Source: Candidatus Saccharimonadota bacterium
Lineage (GTDB): Bacteria; Patescibacteriota; Patescibacteriia; 2-12-FULL-60-25
DNA length: 32,000 nt
Direction of reading: 5' to 3'
NCBI GenBank assembly: GCA_022843095.1
Contig: JALHOH010000001.1
Location: 480,001 to 512,000, forward strand
Every line of letters begins with the position of its first letter. Position 1 is the stretch's first letter. Under the pieces are notes generated by a model, which worked only from the letters and a program-made list of their open reading frames with translations, had not been told where the DNA came from and did not search any database. The position numbers and the translations under genes were made by a program. Positions 5,854-14,229 of this stretch are shown here, piece after piece.

Positions 5854-6867
5854 ATGCCTACGATTGCCATCAACGGATTCGGTCGCATTGGCCGAAATGT
5901 CTTTAAAGCCGGGCTCGAAAAAACAGGGTTCAACGTGGTTGCGATCAATGATTTGACGGACACGGCGACGCTTGCGCATCTCCTGAAACACGACACGATG
6001 TATCGTCGGTTTGAGCATAAAGTCAGTCATGATGAACAGCATTTGATTGTGGATGGAAAAAAGATTCGCGTCTTTGCAGAAAAGGATCCGTCCGCGTTGC
6101 CTTGGGGGAAGCTCAAGGTGGATATTGTTCTTGAATGTACGGGACGGTTTACGGATGTAGAGGGTGCCTCCAAGCACATTGCGGCTGGGGCAAAGCGCGT
6201 GATCATTTCGGCGCCGGCAAAAGGGGGAGACGTGCCCACGCATGTGATTGGCGTGAATGAAAAAGGGGCCGGACGCGAGGCGGAGGTGATCAACAATGCA
6301 AGTTGCACCACAAATTGCATCACGCCTGTCATCGCCGTGCTGCAATCCGCTTTGGGAATCAAGAAGGCGATGATGACGACGATTCATGCCTACACGGCGG
6401 ATCAGAATCTCCAGGATGGCCCACACAAAGATCTTCGTCGTGCACGCGCCGCGGCCGAGAACATCGTCCCGACCACGACCGGGGCGGCGATTGCGACAAC
6501 GGAAGTGATTCCAGAATTGCGTGGTGTGTTTGATGGGCTGTCGATTCGTGTTCCGGTGCCGGTGACGTCGTTGTCGGATTTTACGATTCTGTTGAAAAAG
6601 AAAACGACGGCGGAAGAGGTGAATGAGTTGTTCCGCAAAGCGGCCAAATCCGCGCTTTGGAAGGGGGTGCTGGAAGTGACGGATGAACCGCTTGTCTCCT
6701 CCGATTTTATTGGGAATTCAGCATCGTGTATCGTGGATTTGGGGCTGACCAAGGTGGTCGACGGGGATTTTTTGAAAGTGATCGCCTGGTACGACAATGA
6801 ATGGGGGTATTCGCATCGCTTGGCAGAGATGGCGTTGCATGTGGCAAAGCAAATGCGCGTGAAATAA
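5854..6867 (+). CDS. gap: Glyceraldehyde-3-phosphate dehydrogenase, type I
   Basis: MPTIAINGFGRIGRNVF is the NAD-binding N-terminus and NASCTTNC is the catalytic Cys motif. The C-terminus is WYDNEWGYS. The upstream extension of ORF 5809.. runs through the tsf terminator and is rejected. Confidence 0.95.
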   Translation: MPTIAINGFGRIGRNVFKAGLEKTGFNVVAINDLTDTATLAHLLKHDTMYRRFEHKVSHDEQHLIVDGKKIRVFAEKDPSALPWGKLKVDIVLECTGRFTDVEGASKHIAAGAKRVIISAPAKGGDVPTHVIGVNEKGAGREAEVINNASCTTNCITPVIAVLQSALGIKKAMMTTIHAYTADQNLQDGPHKDLRRARAAAENIVPTTTGAAIATTEVIPELRGVFDGLSIRVPVPVTSLSDFTILLKKKTTAEEVNELFRKAAKSALWKGVLEVTDEPLVSSDFIGNSASCIVDLGLTKVVDGDFLKVIAWYDNEWGYSHRLAEMALHVAKQMRVK

Positions 6868-6869
6868 CC

Positions 6870-7787
6870 ATGGCGCGGCATCTGGTGCATGACCCGTGGG
6901 AACACCCATTTTTGGAATGGGTGTTTTGGGGATTGCTTGGCTCCGCCGTTTCGATTCTCGCGATTGGATTACTGCTTGGATGGATGCCGCTTGTCGTGTT
7001 TGGGGGGATAGCGACAGGGATCGGGGTGTGGGCGGGATTTTTGGAGCCTGCGCGGATCACGGTCGCACGATACCGTGAGCCGTTGGTTCCGCATCCGACG
7101 ACATGGCTCCGCATCGTATTTTTGTCCGATCTTCACGCGGGGTTGTACAAGCGTGCCCCGTATTATGCCCGGGTCGCAAAACAGGTTCAGGCGCTTGCGC
7201 CCGAGATCGTGATCGTTGGGGGTGACCTTGTGGATGTGGAGGCGCGTGCGGTGCAGGATTTGGAGGCGATTTTACGCATTCCCGCGCCACGGGGACGATT
7301 CTTTATCCTTGGAAACCATGATTATCTGGATGACCCGGCCGCTTTGCGTGCGGTGTTTCGAGATGCAGGATGGACCTCTTTAGAAACGGGTCCGGTGATC
7401 GTGGAAAAAGAAGGATCGCGCTGCGAATTCGTGGCGATGGCAGATCCGCAGCGTAGTCGGCCAAGTGCGCTTCCCGCTCGTATTCCCGGTGTCGCGCGTG
7501 TTCTTGTGTTGCATGAACCAGATAACGCCTTTGATGTTATGGAGCAGGACGCGGATCTTGCGATGACTGGCCATACGCATGGCGGACAGGTCCGGATGCC
7601 GGGGGTGGGCGCGTTACTGATCCCGCAGGTTCTTCCAAAGACATTTGATCGTGGGCGAAAAATGTGGCGGGATACGCCTCTTCTGATCGGGCAGGGAATC
7701 GGGGAATCGGGGGTTCGGGCACGGTTTTTGTGTCCACCGCAAATCGTGGTGATCGAGGTTGGTATCGGCGAATCCACGACCGCATGA
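6870..7787 (+). CDS. Membrane-anchored metallophosphoesterase (calcineurin-like)
   Basis: Starts MARHLV... at ATG 6870, within ORF 6801..7787. Two N-terminal hydrophobic helices are present. Motifs are LSDLHAG, GGDLVD, GNHD, LHEP and GHTHGGQ. Confidence 0.8.
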   Translation: MARHLVHDPWEHPFLEWVFWGLLGSAVSILAIGLLLGWMPLVVFGGIATGIGVWAGFLEPARITVARYREPLVPHPTTWLRIVFLSDLHAGLYKRAPYYARVAKQVQALAPEIVIVGGDLVDVEARAVQDLEAILRIPAPRGRFFILGNHDYLDDPAALRAVFRDAGWTSLETGPVIVEKEGSRCEFVAMADPQRSRPSALPARIPGVARVLVLHEPDNAFDVMEQDADLAMTGHTHGGQVRMPGVGALLIPQVLPKTFDRGRKMWRDTPLLIGQGIGESGVRARFLCPPQIVVIEVGIGESTTA

Positions 7788-7790
7788 TCG

Positions 7791-7799
7791 TGGTATACT
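7791..7799 (+). promoter_or_regulatory. Candidate extended -10 element for pgk, 6 nt from the ATG
   Basis: TGgTATACT (7791-7799), then TCCGCT and ATG 7806. No SD is present. The -35 is weak (AATCCA, 7771-7776). Confidence 0.35.
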
Positions 7800-7805
7800 T
7801 CCGCT

Positions 7806-8999
7806 ATGACGTTAAAAACGCTTCCGAGCACGTTGTCTCTACGTGGCAAGCGCGTGCTTTTGCGCCTGGATTGGAACATTCCTCTTCATGGCGGGCTGCT
7901 TCCTGAGGAATCGCTCAAGATCGAGCGTTCGTTGCCGACCATCGCGATGCTTCGAAAGCGGGGGGCGATCGTGCTCATTTGCACCCATCTTGGACGCCCA
8001 GAGGCGCGAGATCCAGTCTTTAGCACCGAACGATTGTTGCCGTTGCTTGCGCATCAGTATGGATTGCATCCGACTTGGCTCTCCGGACGCATCTCGGACA
8101 AAAAAGAACGCGGATTGATCTGCACCGCGCTTGAAGAGGCGAGTCCGGGGGATCTGTTTTTGCTCGAAAATGTGCGGTTTGAACCCAAGGAAGAAGCGCA
8201 GGACCGTGCCTTGGCAAAGGCGTATGCGGAATGCGCGGATCTGTTTGTGAACGACGCGTTTGCCTCGTGTCACCGAGCGCATGTGTCGGTTGTGGGTGTG
8301 GCGAAGGTGTTGCCTGCGTTTGCCGGTCCAGAACTCGCCAAGGAAGTATTCGCGCTTTCTTCGCTCCTTAAACCAAAAAAACCCTGCGTTGCCGTGGTGG
8401 GAGGGTTAAAATTATCTACCAAAATTCCGGTGATCAAAGCGCTTTTACCCGTCTGTGATGCCGTCTTGATTGGTGGGGCGATGGCGGCGACGATTGCAAA
8501 GGCGCGATCGTATCCGGTGGGCACAACGCCGGTCGAGATGGGGCTTGCAAAAGAGGTAGCAGTACTCGCAAAAAGTACAAAGGTGCATCTTCCGGAGGAT
8601 GTGTTGGTTGCAACGACGCGGTCGACGGCGAGACGTCCACGGCTCGTGGATGCGCGACAGGTCGAGAAGCAGGAGATGATTGTCGATGTCGGTCCGCGGA
8701 CGCTTCGTGGCTGGGCAAAGCTGCTCTCTAAAGCGAAAACGATGATTTGGAACGGGCCGCTTGGCATTGTGGAGATCGAGGCGTGCGGGGCCGGGACGCG
8801 GTTTATGGCGCGCACGATCGGTCGGATGGCGAAGGGATCGGCGTTTGGCGTGGTGGGCGGAGGAGATACGCTTCCTGTCCTCCTTCAGACCAAAACGCTC
8901 CCTTGGTTTGACCATGTTTCTATGGGTGGTGGCGCAATGCTGGATTTCTTGGCGGAAAAGGGAACGTTGCCCGGCCTTGTTCCATTGATGAAAAAATAA
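7806..8999 (+). CDS. pgk: Phosphoglycerate kinase
   Basis: 397 aa. Motifs include ...KRVLLRLDWNIPL..., ENVRFEPKEE, FVNDAFASCHRAH and GGGDT. Confidence 0.95.
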   Translation: MTLKTLPSTLSLRGKRVLLRLDWNIPLHGGLLPEESLKIERSLPTIAMLRKRGAIVLICTHLGRPEARDPVFSTERLLPLLAHQYGLHPTWLSGRISDKKERGLICTALEEASPGDLFLLENVRFEPKEEAQDRALAKAYAECADLFVNDAFASCHRAHVSVVGVAKVLPAFAGPELAKEVFALSSLLKPKKPCVAVVGGLKLSTKIPVIKALLPVCDAVLIGGAMAATIAKARSYPVGTTPVEMGLAKEVAVLAKSTKVHLPEDVLVATTRSTARRPRLVDARQVEKQEMIVDVGPRTLRGWAKLLSKAKTMIWNGPLGIVEIEACGAGTRFMARTIGRMAKGSAFGVVGGGDTLPVLLQTKTLPWFDHVSMGGGAMLDFLAEKGTLPGLVPLMKK

Positions 9000-9008
9000 C
9001 CTCTCAGT

Positions 9009-9275
9009 ATGCCTGAATCCACGCAAGAGCAGTTGAATCTTCGTTTGAAAGTGTTGGAACGGACCGGCGAATTGGTCACCGCAGCGTTTGGTCTTGTCGC
9101 AGCACTGGCATGGAACGACGCGATCCAGACGTTGTTCAAGCAGGTATTTGGAGAAGCGGCGTCCTTGTACGCGAAGTTTTTTTACGCGATTGTTGTCACG
9201 ATCATCGTGGTAAGTGTCACCGTGCGCCTTTCTTCTGCTCAGCGCGCATTGGAACAGAAGATTGCAAAGCGGTAA
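9009..9275 (+). CDS. Small membrane protein (resembles DUF5654-type proteins)
   Basis: 88 aa, with ...AAFGLVAALAWNDAIQTLF... and a second hydrophobic helix FFYAIVVTIIVVSVTV. The family name is recalled from memory and has not been searched. Confidence 0.55.
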   Translation: MPESTQEQLNLRLKVLERTGELVTAAFGLVAALAWNDAIQTLFKQVFGEAASLYAKFFYAIVVTIIVVSVTVRLSSAQRALEQKIAKR

Positions 9276-9306
9276 GATGGGGGCATATGCCCTCATCTTC
9301 TTTTTG
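9274..9306 (+). terminator. Possible hairpin / weak terminator
   Basis: AAGATGGGGGCAT pairs with ATGCCCTCATCTT (one mismatch), followed by CTTTTT. The hairpin contains the ATG (9287) of the next gene, so it may instead modulate translation. Confidence 0.35.
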
Positions 9307-10075
9307 GCCAAATTGGCGTGAGAATCCCACCGCGTCCCTGTTTGTGGCGTTGCTTGGGGTTGCTGGTGCAGCACTTTTAATCGCGCAAACGCGGAATACC
9401 ATCGCGGAATACGACCAGATTGGACGCCCGGATACGGTGCGCGACACGATCACGATTGATGGGGAAGGAAAGGTTTCTGGTGCGCCGGATGTCGCTCAAT
9501 TTTCGGTCGGCTATCGTTCGGAAGGGCGAGATATCTCGACGGTGCAAACCGAAAACACGCGCAAAGTGAACGCCATTTTGGCAGAAATGAAGAAGCTCGG
9601 TATTCCTGACAAAGATTTGCAGACCACCAATTATTCCATCCAGCCGGAATACGATTGGAACAACGGTCGTCAGCAGTTTCGTGCGTATGTCGTGAATCAA
9701 ACGGTGACCGTGAAGGTGCGAGATTTTTCTAAGTTGGACGCCGCCGTGGGGAAGATCGGCCAGTTGGACGCGAATCAATTCTACGGATTAGATTTTACCC
9801 TGGATGACCCAGCGAAGATGAAGCAGGAGGCGCGCAAAAAAGCACTGGAAGATGCACGTCGCAAGGCCGAAGAACTCGCGGATGCGTTGGGGATTCGGCT
9901 GGGTCGGGTGGTGACCTATTCCGAAGGCGGCGGTGGGTATCCGGTGCCGATGTACTACAAAGCAGAGGCGCGCGACATGGCGGTTTCGGCGCCGGCGGCT
10001 GCACCAATGCCAGAAATTCAGGCAGGGGAATTAGACATCCGTTCAAACGTGAGTGTCACGTTTGAGGTGAAGTAG
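9287..10075 (+). CDS. SIMPL / DUF541 domain protein with N-terminal membrane anchor
   Basis: Lies within ORF 9110..10075, whose 5' part overlaps the previous gene. From ATG 9287 it reads MPSSSFWPNWRENPTASLFVALLGVAGAALLIAQ (TM segment). It continues ...ITIDGEGKVSGAPDVAQFSVG...LQTTNYSIQPEYDW...FRAYVVNQTVTVKVRD...EARKKALEDARRKAEELA..., typical of SIMPL proteins. Confidence 0.75.
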   Translation: MPSSSFWPNWRENPTASLFVALLGVAGAALLIAQTRNTIAEYDQIGRPDTVRDTITIDGEGKVSGAPDVAQFSVGYRSEGRDISTVQTENTRKVNAILAEMKKLGIPDKDLQTTNYSIQPEYDWNNGRQQFRAYVVNQTVTVKVRDFSKLDAAVGKIGQLDANQFYGLDFTLDDPAKMKQEARKKALEDARRKAEELADALGIRLGRVVTYSEGGGGYPVPMYYKAEARDMAVSAPAAAPMPEIQAGELDIRSNVSVTFEVK

Positions 10076-10079
10076 CGCT

Positions 10080-11342
10080 ATGTTCGGAGGAAACAAGATC
10101 GCGTCCATTCGTGCCCGTGAGGTGCTTGATTCTCGTGGGAATCCAACGGTGGCCGCACGGGTTGTATTAGGAAATGGGATCACAGCAGAAGCCAAGGTGC
10201 CGAGTGGCGCATCAACGGGGTCACATGAGGCGTTGGAGTTGCGCGACGGGGAAAAGCGGTATGGGGGAAAGGGCGTTCGAAAAGCGGTTGGACACATCGA
10301 GCGCACCATCGCCCCCGCGCTGAAAGGGATGGGGATCGGGGAGCAGCAGGATTTGGATGCGCAGATGTTGGAGTTGGACGGCACAGAAAACAAGTCAATG
10401 CTTGGAGCGAATGCGCTTCTTGCCGTGTCGCTTGCCTGCGCCGAAACTGCGGCGCTAGCTCGCAAGAAGCCGCTTTGGAAGTCCTTGCGTGAAACGTATC
10501 GTTTTCAGCGTGCCGCCGCGCTTCCTGCGCCGACGATGAATGTGTTGAACGGAGGAGCACATGCGGATTGGTCGATCGATGTGCAGGAGTGCATGATCGT
10601 CCCGCGCCAAGCGACATTTTCGGAACGGTTGCGAGCGGGCGTCGAAACGTTTCATGCGCTTGCCAAAGTGTTAAAGAAAGAGGGATTTGCGACGACGGTG
10701 GGCGACGAAGGGGGATTTGCTCCTCGATTACCGCATGTCGAGGCGGCGTTTGAGCTACTGCTTCAGGCGATCAAGCAGGCCGGGTATAAACCGGGAAAAG
10801 AGATCGGCCTCGCAACGGATGTGGCGAGCTCGGAGTTTTACAACGCCAAGACCAAGAAATACGAGATGAAGTCCGAGGGCAAAAAATACTCGGCCAAAGA
10901 ACTCCTCACGCGGTATCAGGCCTGGTTAAAAGACTATCCGCTTGTTTCCATTGAAGATCCGTTTGCGGAAGATGATTGGGAGGCATGGAAAACGGCGCTT
11001 CCATTGCTTGGGAAAAAGGCCTCCGTGGTGGGGGATGACTTTTTTGTCACAAATGTGGCGCGGCTCGAGCGCGGGATCAAAGAAAAAGCGGCGAATGCCA
11101 TTCTGATTAAATTGAACCAGATTGGCACCGTGACCGAAACGGTCGGGGCGATCCAGAAGGCGCATCGTGCCGGCTGGGCGACCAGTATCTCGCATCGTTC
11201 AGGGGAAACAGCCGACACATTCATCGCGGATCTCGCCGTTGCGTGCGGATCGGAGTACATCAAAACCGGAAGTTTGTCGCGCAGTGAACGCGTAGAAAAA
11301 TACAACCGTCTCCTGGAAATCGAGTTAGAAATGGGACGTTGA
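10080..11342 (+). CDS. eno: Enolase
   Basis: 420 aa. The N-terminus is ...IRAREVLDSRGNPTVAARV...VPSGASTGSHEALELRDG... The C-terminal part is ...SHRSGETADTFIADLAVA...IKTGSLSRSERVEKYNRLLEIE. Confidence 0.97.
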   Translation: MFGGNKIASIRAREVLDSRGNPTVAARVVLGNGITAEAKVPSGASTGSHEALELRDGEKRYGGKGVRKAVGHIERTIAPALKGMGIGEQQDLDAQMLELDGTENKSMLGANALLAVSLACAETAALARKKPLWKSLRETYRFQRAAALPAPTMNVLNGGAHADWSIDVQECMIVPRQATFSERLRAGVETFHALAKVLKKEGFATTVGDEGGFAPRLPHVEAAFELLLQAIKQAGYKPGKEIGLATDVASSEFYNAKTKKYEMKSEGKKYSAKELLTRYQAWLKDYPLVSIEDPFAEDDWEAWKTALPLLGKKASVVGDDFFVTNVARLERGIKEKAANAILIKLNQIGTVTETVGAIQKAHRAGWATSISHRSGETADTFIADLAVACGSEYIKTGSLSRSERVEKYNRLLEIELEMGR

Positions 11343-11370
11343 AACAAGGGGCAGTTGCCCCTTGTTTTTT
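11342..11370. terminator. Bidirectional hairpin terminator between convergent eno and the minus-strand gene
   Basis: AAACAAGGGGC (11342-11352) pairs with GCCCCTTGTTT (11357-11367), with a T-run on the plus strand and an A-run before the stem. The stop of the minus-strand ORF (11369-11371) abuts it. Confidence 0.75.
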
Positions 11371-12622
11371 AGGAAGAGGAGGATGGGGCATTCCACGCGG
11401 TGGCGACGGGATCAATGTCCCAAGACGAGCTCTGGGTATCTTTTGCATGCGCGAGGGCCGCCTGCGCTTCGGCGGATGATACGCGAGCCAAGATATGTGG
11501 CCAAATGCGTTCTGTGGGGTGTACTGCGTGGGTGCTGGTAGATGTTGGGATGGAGGGAAGAAGGTCGGAAAAACGTTGAGGATCTCGTTCAAACAGTTCT
11601 TTTGCGGCATTTTTTGCCACCTCGCCCACAAAGGCGGCGCGTGCCATATGGAACGACACCTGCTCGGTGGGTTTGAGTTGTAGTGCTTTGCGCGCCTCCT
11701 GTTTGCCATGTGGAGTTGGATCGTCAGCGGCCCCGACGCCTTCATGGATGGGGCTCAGCAGTGGACTGATTGCTTGGCCTTCGAATGCAGAGGCATGCGC
11801 CGCAATGACGGGCTCGAGGAGTTTGGTCACTCGTCCAGCCTCCGAGGTTGGAGCGTAGACAACGATCCGTTCCGTACGGGCAAGATGCGGAGAGACGGGA
11901 ATTTCTTCGTCATGCGATGCCGGATTCTGCGTAAAAAATTTAATTTCGACGGGCAGATTCTCTTTTTGGATCACCAGTACGCATGCTGCCGCGACCTCTG
12001 CAAGATTTGCCAGTTTTGGATTGAGGTAGATGCGTGAATGCGGGACCTGCTCCGTGGAGTTTTTTTGCTGATACGAAGCCGGTGTTCGAAACACGATAAA
12101 ATCCGTTCCATCTTCCCCCGAAAATCCATTCTGTGCGTAAAAGGGGAGGTATGATCCAAGTGCGCCTAATTCTTGCGCGATTTTGGCGCCGTGTTTTGCC
12201 ATTTTTCCCGAAATGAGATGCTCTATGGTGGGAGGATTCCCCGTGAGTTGCGCAAGAAGGCCTCGCATGGCCGGGGGGACGGGTTCTTGAAGAAAGCGAT
12301 CAAGATTTGTTTGGAGGAGGTGTTTGATCTGCTCAAGATGGATCATCCCTTCTTCTGCGACGCATTCTTTTGCCCGTGTTTGCAGAGGATTCTGCTCATC
12401 ATCCGGGTCGTTTTCGGCAAGTATTCCGGTAGTTAAATAGGAATACAGCATTTTCCAGCCCGGCCTTGCGCCGACTGGGACCGTTGCCGTGTACCGCCGG
12501 AGCGTTTCATGAAACGCGGCAGCAAAGCGTTCAAACGAGGGGGGAGCGAGCTGTTCCCGGAGAGGATTGGAACGAGTCTCTTTGGAGGGAGGGGTCTCTC
12601 GGGGATGTTCATGCGCAAGCAT
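11369..12622 (-). CDS. Hypothetical protein, 417 aa, no family recognised
   Basis: Long ORF on the minority strand with normal amino-acid composition, unlike the R/H-rich shadow ORFs elsewhere. It shows no signal peptide or TM segment. Motifs seen are ...SRIYLNPKL...VEIKFFTQ...ERIVVYAPTSEAG... Confidence 0.7.
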   Translation of the reverse strand: MLAHEHPRETPPSKETRSNPLREQLAPPSFERFAAAFHETLRRYTATVPVGARPGWKMLYSYLTTGILAENDPDDEQNPLQTRAKECVAEEGMIHLEQIKHLLQTNLDRFLQEPVPPAMRGLLAQLTGNPPTIEHLISGKMAKHGAKIAQELGALGSYLPFYAQNGFSGEDGTDFIVFRTPASYQQKNSTEQVPHSRIYLNPKLANLAEVAAACVLVIQKENLPVEIKFFTQNPASHDEEIPVSPHLARTERIVVYAPTSEAGRVTKLLEPVIAAHASAFEGQAISPLLSPIHEGVGAADDPTPHGKQEARKALQLKPTEQVSFHMARAAFVGEVAKNAAKELFERDPQRFSDLLPSIPTSTSTHAVHPTERIWPHILARVSSAEAQAALAHAKDTQSSSWDIDPVATAWNAPSSSS

Positions 12623-12626
12623 AAAG

Positions 12627-12794
12627 TTAGTGATCCCTCTTGTTCAACTGTTCTCGTAACGCATTGATATGTGCCGCATCGATATTCCCGCCCACCTGTT
12701 CAAGTGCCTGAAATTCTTCGTGTCGTATCGTGACCAGATCGTGCTTGAAACGCTTGTAGATATCGACCAATTTTTTTGCAACGTCGTCTGCCAT
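12627..12794 (-). CDS. Small hypothetical protein (55 aa), probably co-transcribed with the 417-aa gene
   Basis: Starts at the ATG at 12794 (MADDVAKKLVDIYKRFKHDLVTIRHEEFQALEQVGGNIDAAHINALREQLNKRDH). AAAGG lies 4 nt upstream. There is a 4-nt gap to the downstream gene. The longer 86-aa version would run into the miaB start region. Confidence 0.5.
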   Translation of the reverse strand: MADDVAKKLVDIYKRFKHDLVTIRHEEFQALEQVGGNIDAAHINALREQLNKRDH

Positions 12795-12803
12795 ATGCCT
12801 TTG

Positions 12804-12833
12804 AGTGTACCGCACGTCCGGATCCTTGTTCAA
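12804..12833 (-). promoter_or_regulatory. Candidate promoter for the minus-strand two-gene unit
   Basis: Read on the minus strand: TTGAAC (plus coordinates 12828-12833), 18-nt spacer, TACACT (12804-12809), then 9 nt containing AAAGG and the ATG. Confidence 0.45.
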
Positions 12834-12861
12834 TGGAGGGGAATTTGATACGTTCCGTCCC

Positions 12862-14208
12862 ATGCAACCGACGTATGCCATCACCACCTTCGGGTGTCAG
12901 ATGAATAAAAACGACAGTGAACGCATTGCCGGCATCCTGTCTGCGCTTGGCTTTGTTGAAACCACGGAGGAAGCGACGGCGGACGTGATTTTGGTGAATA
13001 CTTGCAGCGTCCGTCAGTCGGCAGAGGATCGCGTGTTTGGATCGCAAGAAAAATATCTTGAGTATAAGAAGAAAAAACCGAATCAGATCGTCGCGGTGAC
13101 GGGATGCATGGCCGGCCGCGATAAGAAGCGGGAGTTTTTGCGCCAAATGCCGGCAACAGACCTTTATTTTCCGACGCCAGACATGGTGCATTTGCCCCAA
13201 TGGATCGCGGAGCTTCGTCCAGACTTGGTCAACTCTGCGGACCTGGCCGAAGATTATCTCAAGATCCATCCACTCCGCGCACCGTCTGTGCAGGCGTATG
13301 TCACGATCCAAACGGGGTGCAATAAGTTTTGTACGTACTGCGTCGTGCCGTATGCGCGCGGATTGGAGCGGAATCGTCCGGTGGCGGATATCCTGCAGGA
13401 ATGCCGGGAGCTCGTGGCACATGGCGTGATCGAGCTGACGCTGCTTGGGCAGACGGTGAATTCGTATAAAGCGACTGATCCAGAATCGTTTGCACCGCAA
13501 AATCCGTTCAAAGACCATTTTGCGGCGTTGCTTTGGGAGATCAATCAATTGGAGGGGCTTGAACGTCTTCATTGGACGGCGGCACATCCGAATTCCATGA
13601 CCGACGAGGTGATTGCAGCGCTTGCGTTACCAAAGCAGGTGAACTACCTCCACTTGCCGGTGCAATCGGGGAATAACGAAGTGCTTCGTCGAATGAATCG
13701 CAAGTACACACGCGAGGAGTATCTGGAAAAGATTGCGCGGATCAAGGCGGCACGGCCGGGAATTGCGCTGGGTACGGATATTATCGTTGGGTTTCCGGGC
13801 GAAACGCGCGCGCAGTTTGAAGAGACCTGTTCGCTGTACCGCGAGGTTGGATTTGATGTTTCCTATAACGCCCAGTATTCCCCCCGTTCTGGAACGCTCG
13901 GTGTAAAATTGTATGCCGATGACGTCGAAAAAGAAGAAAAGCGTGATCGATGGAATGTGCTTCAGGGGGTGATGGAGGATCTCGCGCTCGCGAAGAATCA
14001 GGCGTTCATTGGAACGACGGTGCGTGTGTTGGTGGATAAAGTGACACAAGGGTTTGCGAGCGGAACGACGCACGAGATGAAGCTTGCGCGGTTTCCAGCA
14101 ACCGACACCTCGTGGATCGGGAAATGTGTCGACGTTTCGGTGACGGCTGCAAAGACGTGGGTGCTTGAATGTCAGCCGCCTGCCGCAAGCCATGTTGACG
14201 CAGCCTAG
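12862..14208 (+). CDS. miaB: tRNA methylthiotransferase MiaB-like (radical SAM)
   Basis: Starts MQPTYAITTFGCQMNKNDSE (UPF0004 N-terminal domain). It has the radical-SAM CNKFCTYCVVP motif and a C-terminal TRAM-like region. miaA lies immediately downstream. Confidence 0.85.
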   Translation: MQPTYAITTFGCQMNKNDSERIAGILSALGFVETTEEATADVILVNTCSVRQSAEDRVFGSQEKYLEYKKKKPNQIVAVTGCMAGRDKKREFLRQMPATDLYFPTPDMVHLPQWIAELRPDLVNSADLAEDYLKIHPLRAPSVQAYVTIQTGCNKFCTYCVVPYARGLERNRPVADILQECRELVAHGVIELTLLGQTVNSYKATDPESFAPQNPFKDHFAALLWEINQLEGLERLHWTAAHPNSMTDEVIAALALPKQVNYLHLPVQSGNNEVLRRMNRKYTREEYLEKIARIKAARPGIALGTDIIVGFPGETRAQFEETCSLYREVGFDVSYNAQYSPRSGTLGVKLYADDVEKEEKRDRWNVLQGVMEDLALAKNQAFIGTTVRVLVDKVTQGFASGTTHEMKLARFPATDTSWIGKCVDVSVTAAKTWVLECQPPAASHVDAA

Positions 14209-14223
14209 CCCCATCGCTACCAT
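14195..14223 (+). promoter_or_regulatory. Candidate promoter for miaA, -10 box 6 nt from the ATG
   Basis: TTGACG (14195-14200), 17-nt spacer, TACCAT (14218-14223), then TTTTTC and ATG 14230. The -35 lies inside the miaB 3' end. No SD is present. Confidence 0.45.
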
Positions 14224-14229
14224 TTTTTC

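Noticed and set aside
9110-9286. The 5' extension of the SIMPL ORF (track start 9110), overlapping the small membrane-protein gene.
   Set aside because: It overlaps 9009..9275 out of frame. The first ATG after that gene (9287) gives a sensible TM anchor followed by the SIMPL domain.
8445-9374. Long antisense ORFs lie within housekeeping genes: 8445..9374(-), 12700..13587(-), 17060..17980(-), 18623..19501(-), 13627..14223(-) and 5139..5741(-).
   Set aside because: They lie opposite confidently identified genes (pgk, miaB, hisS, rpsU/yqeY, tsf). Their R/H/L-rich compositions are unnatural, and they lack RBS or terminator context.
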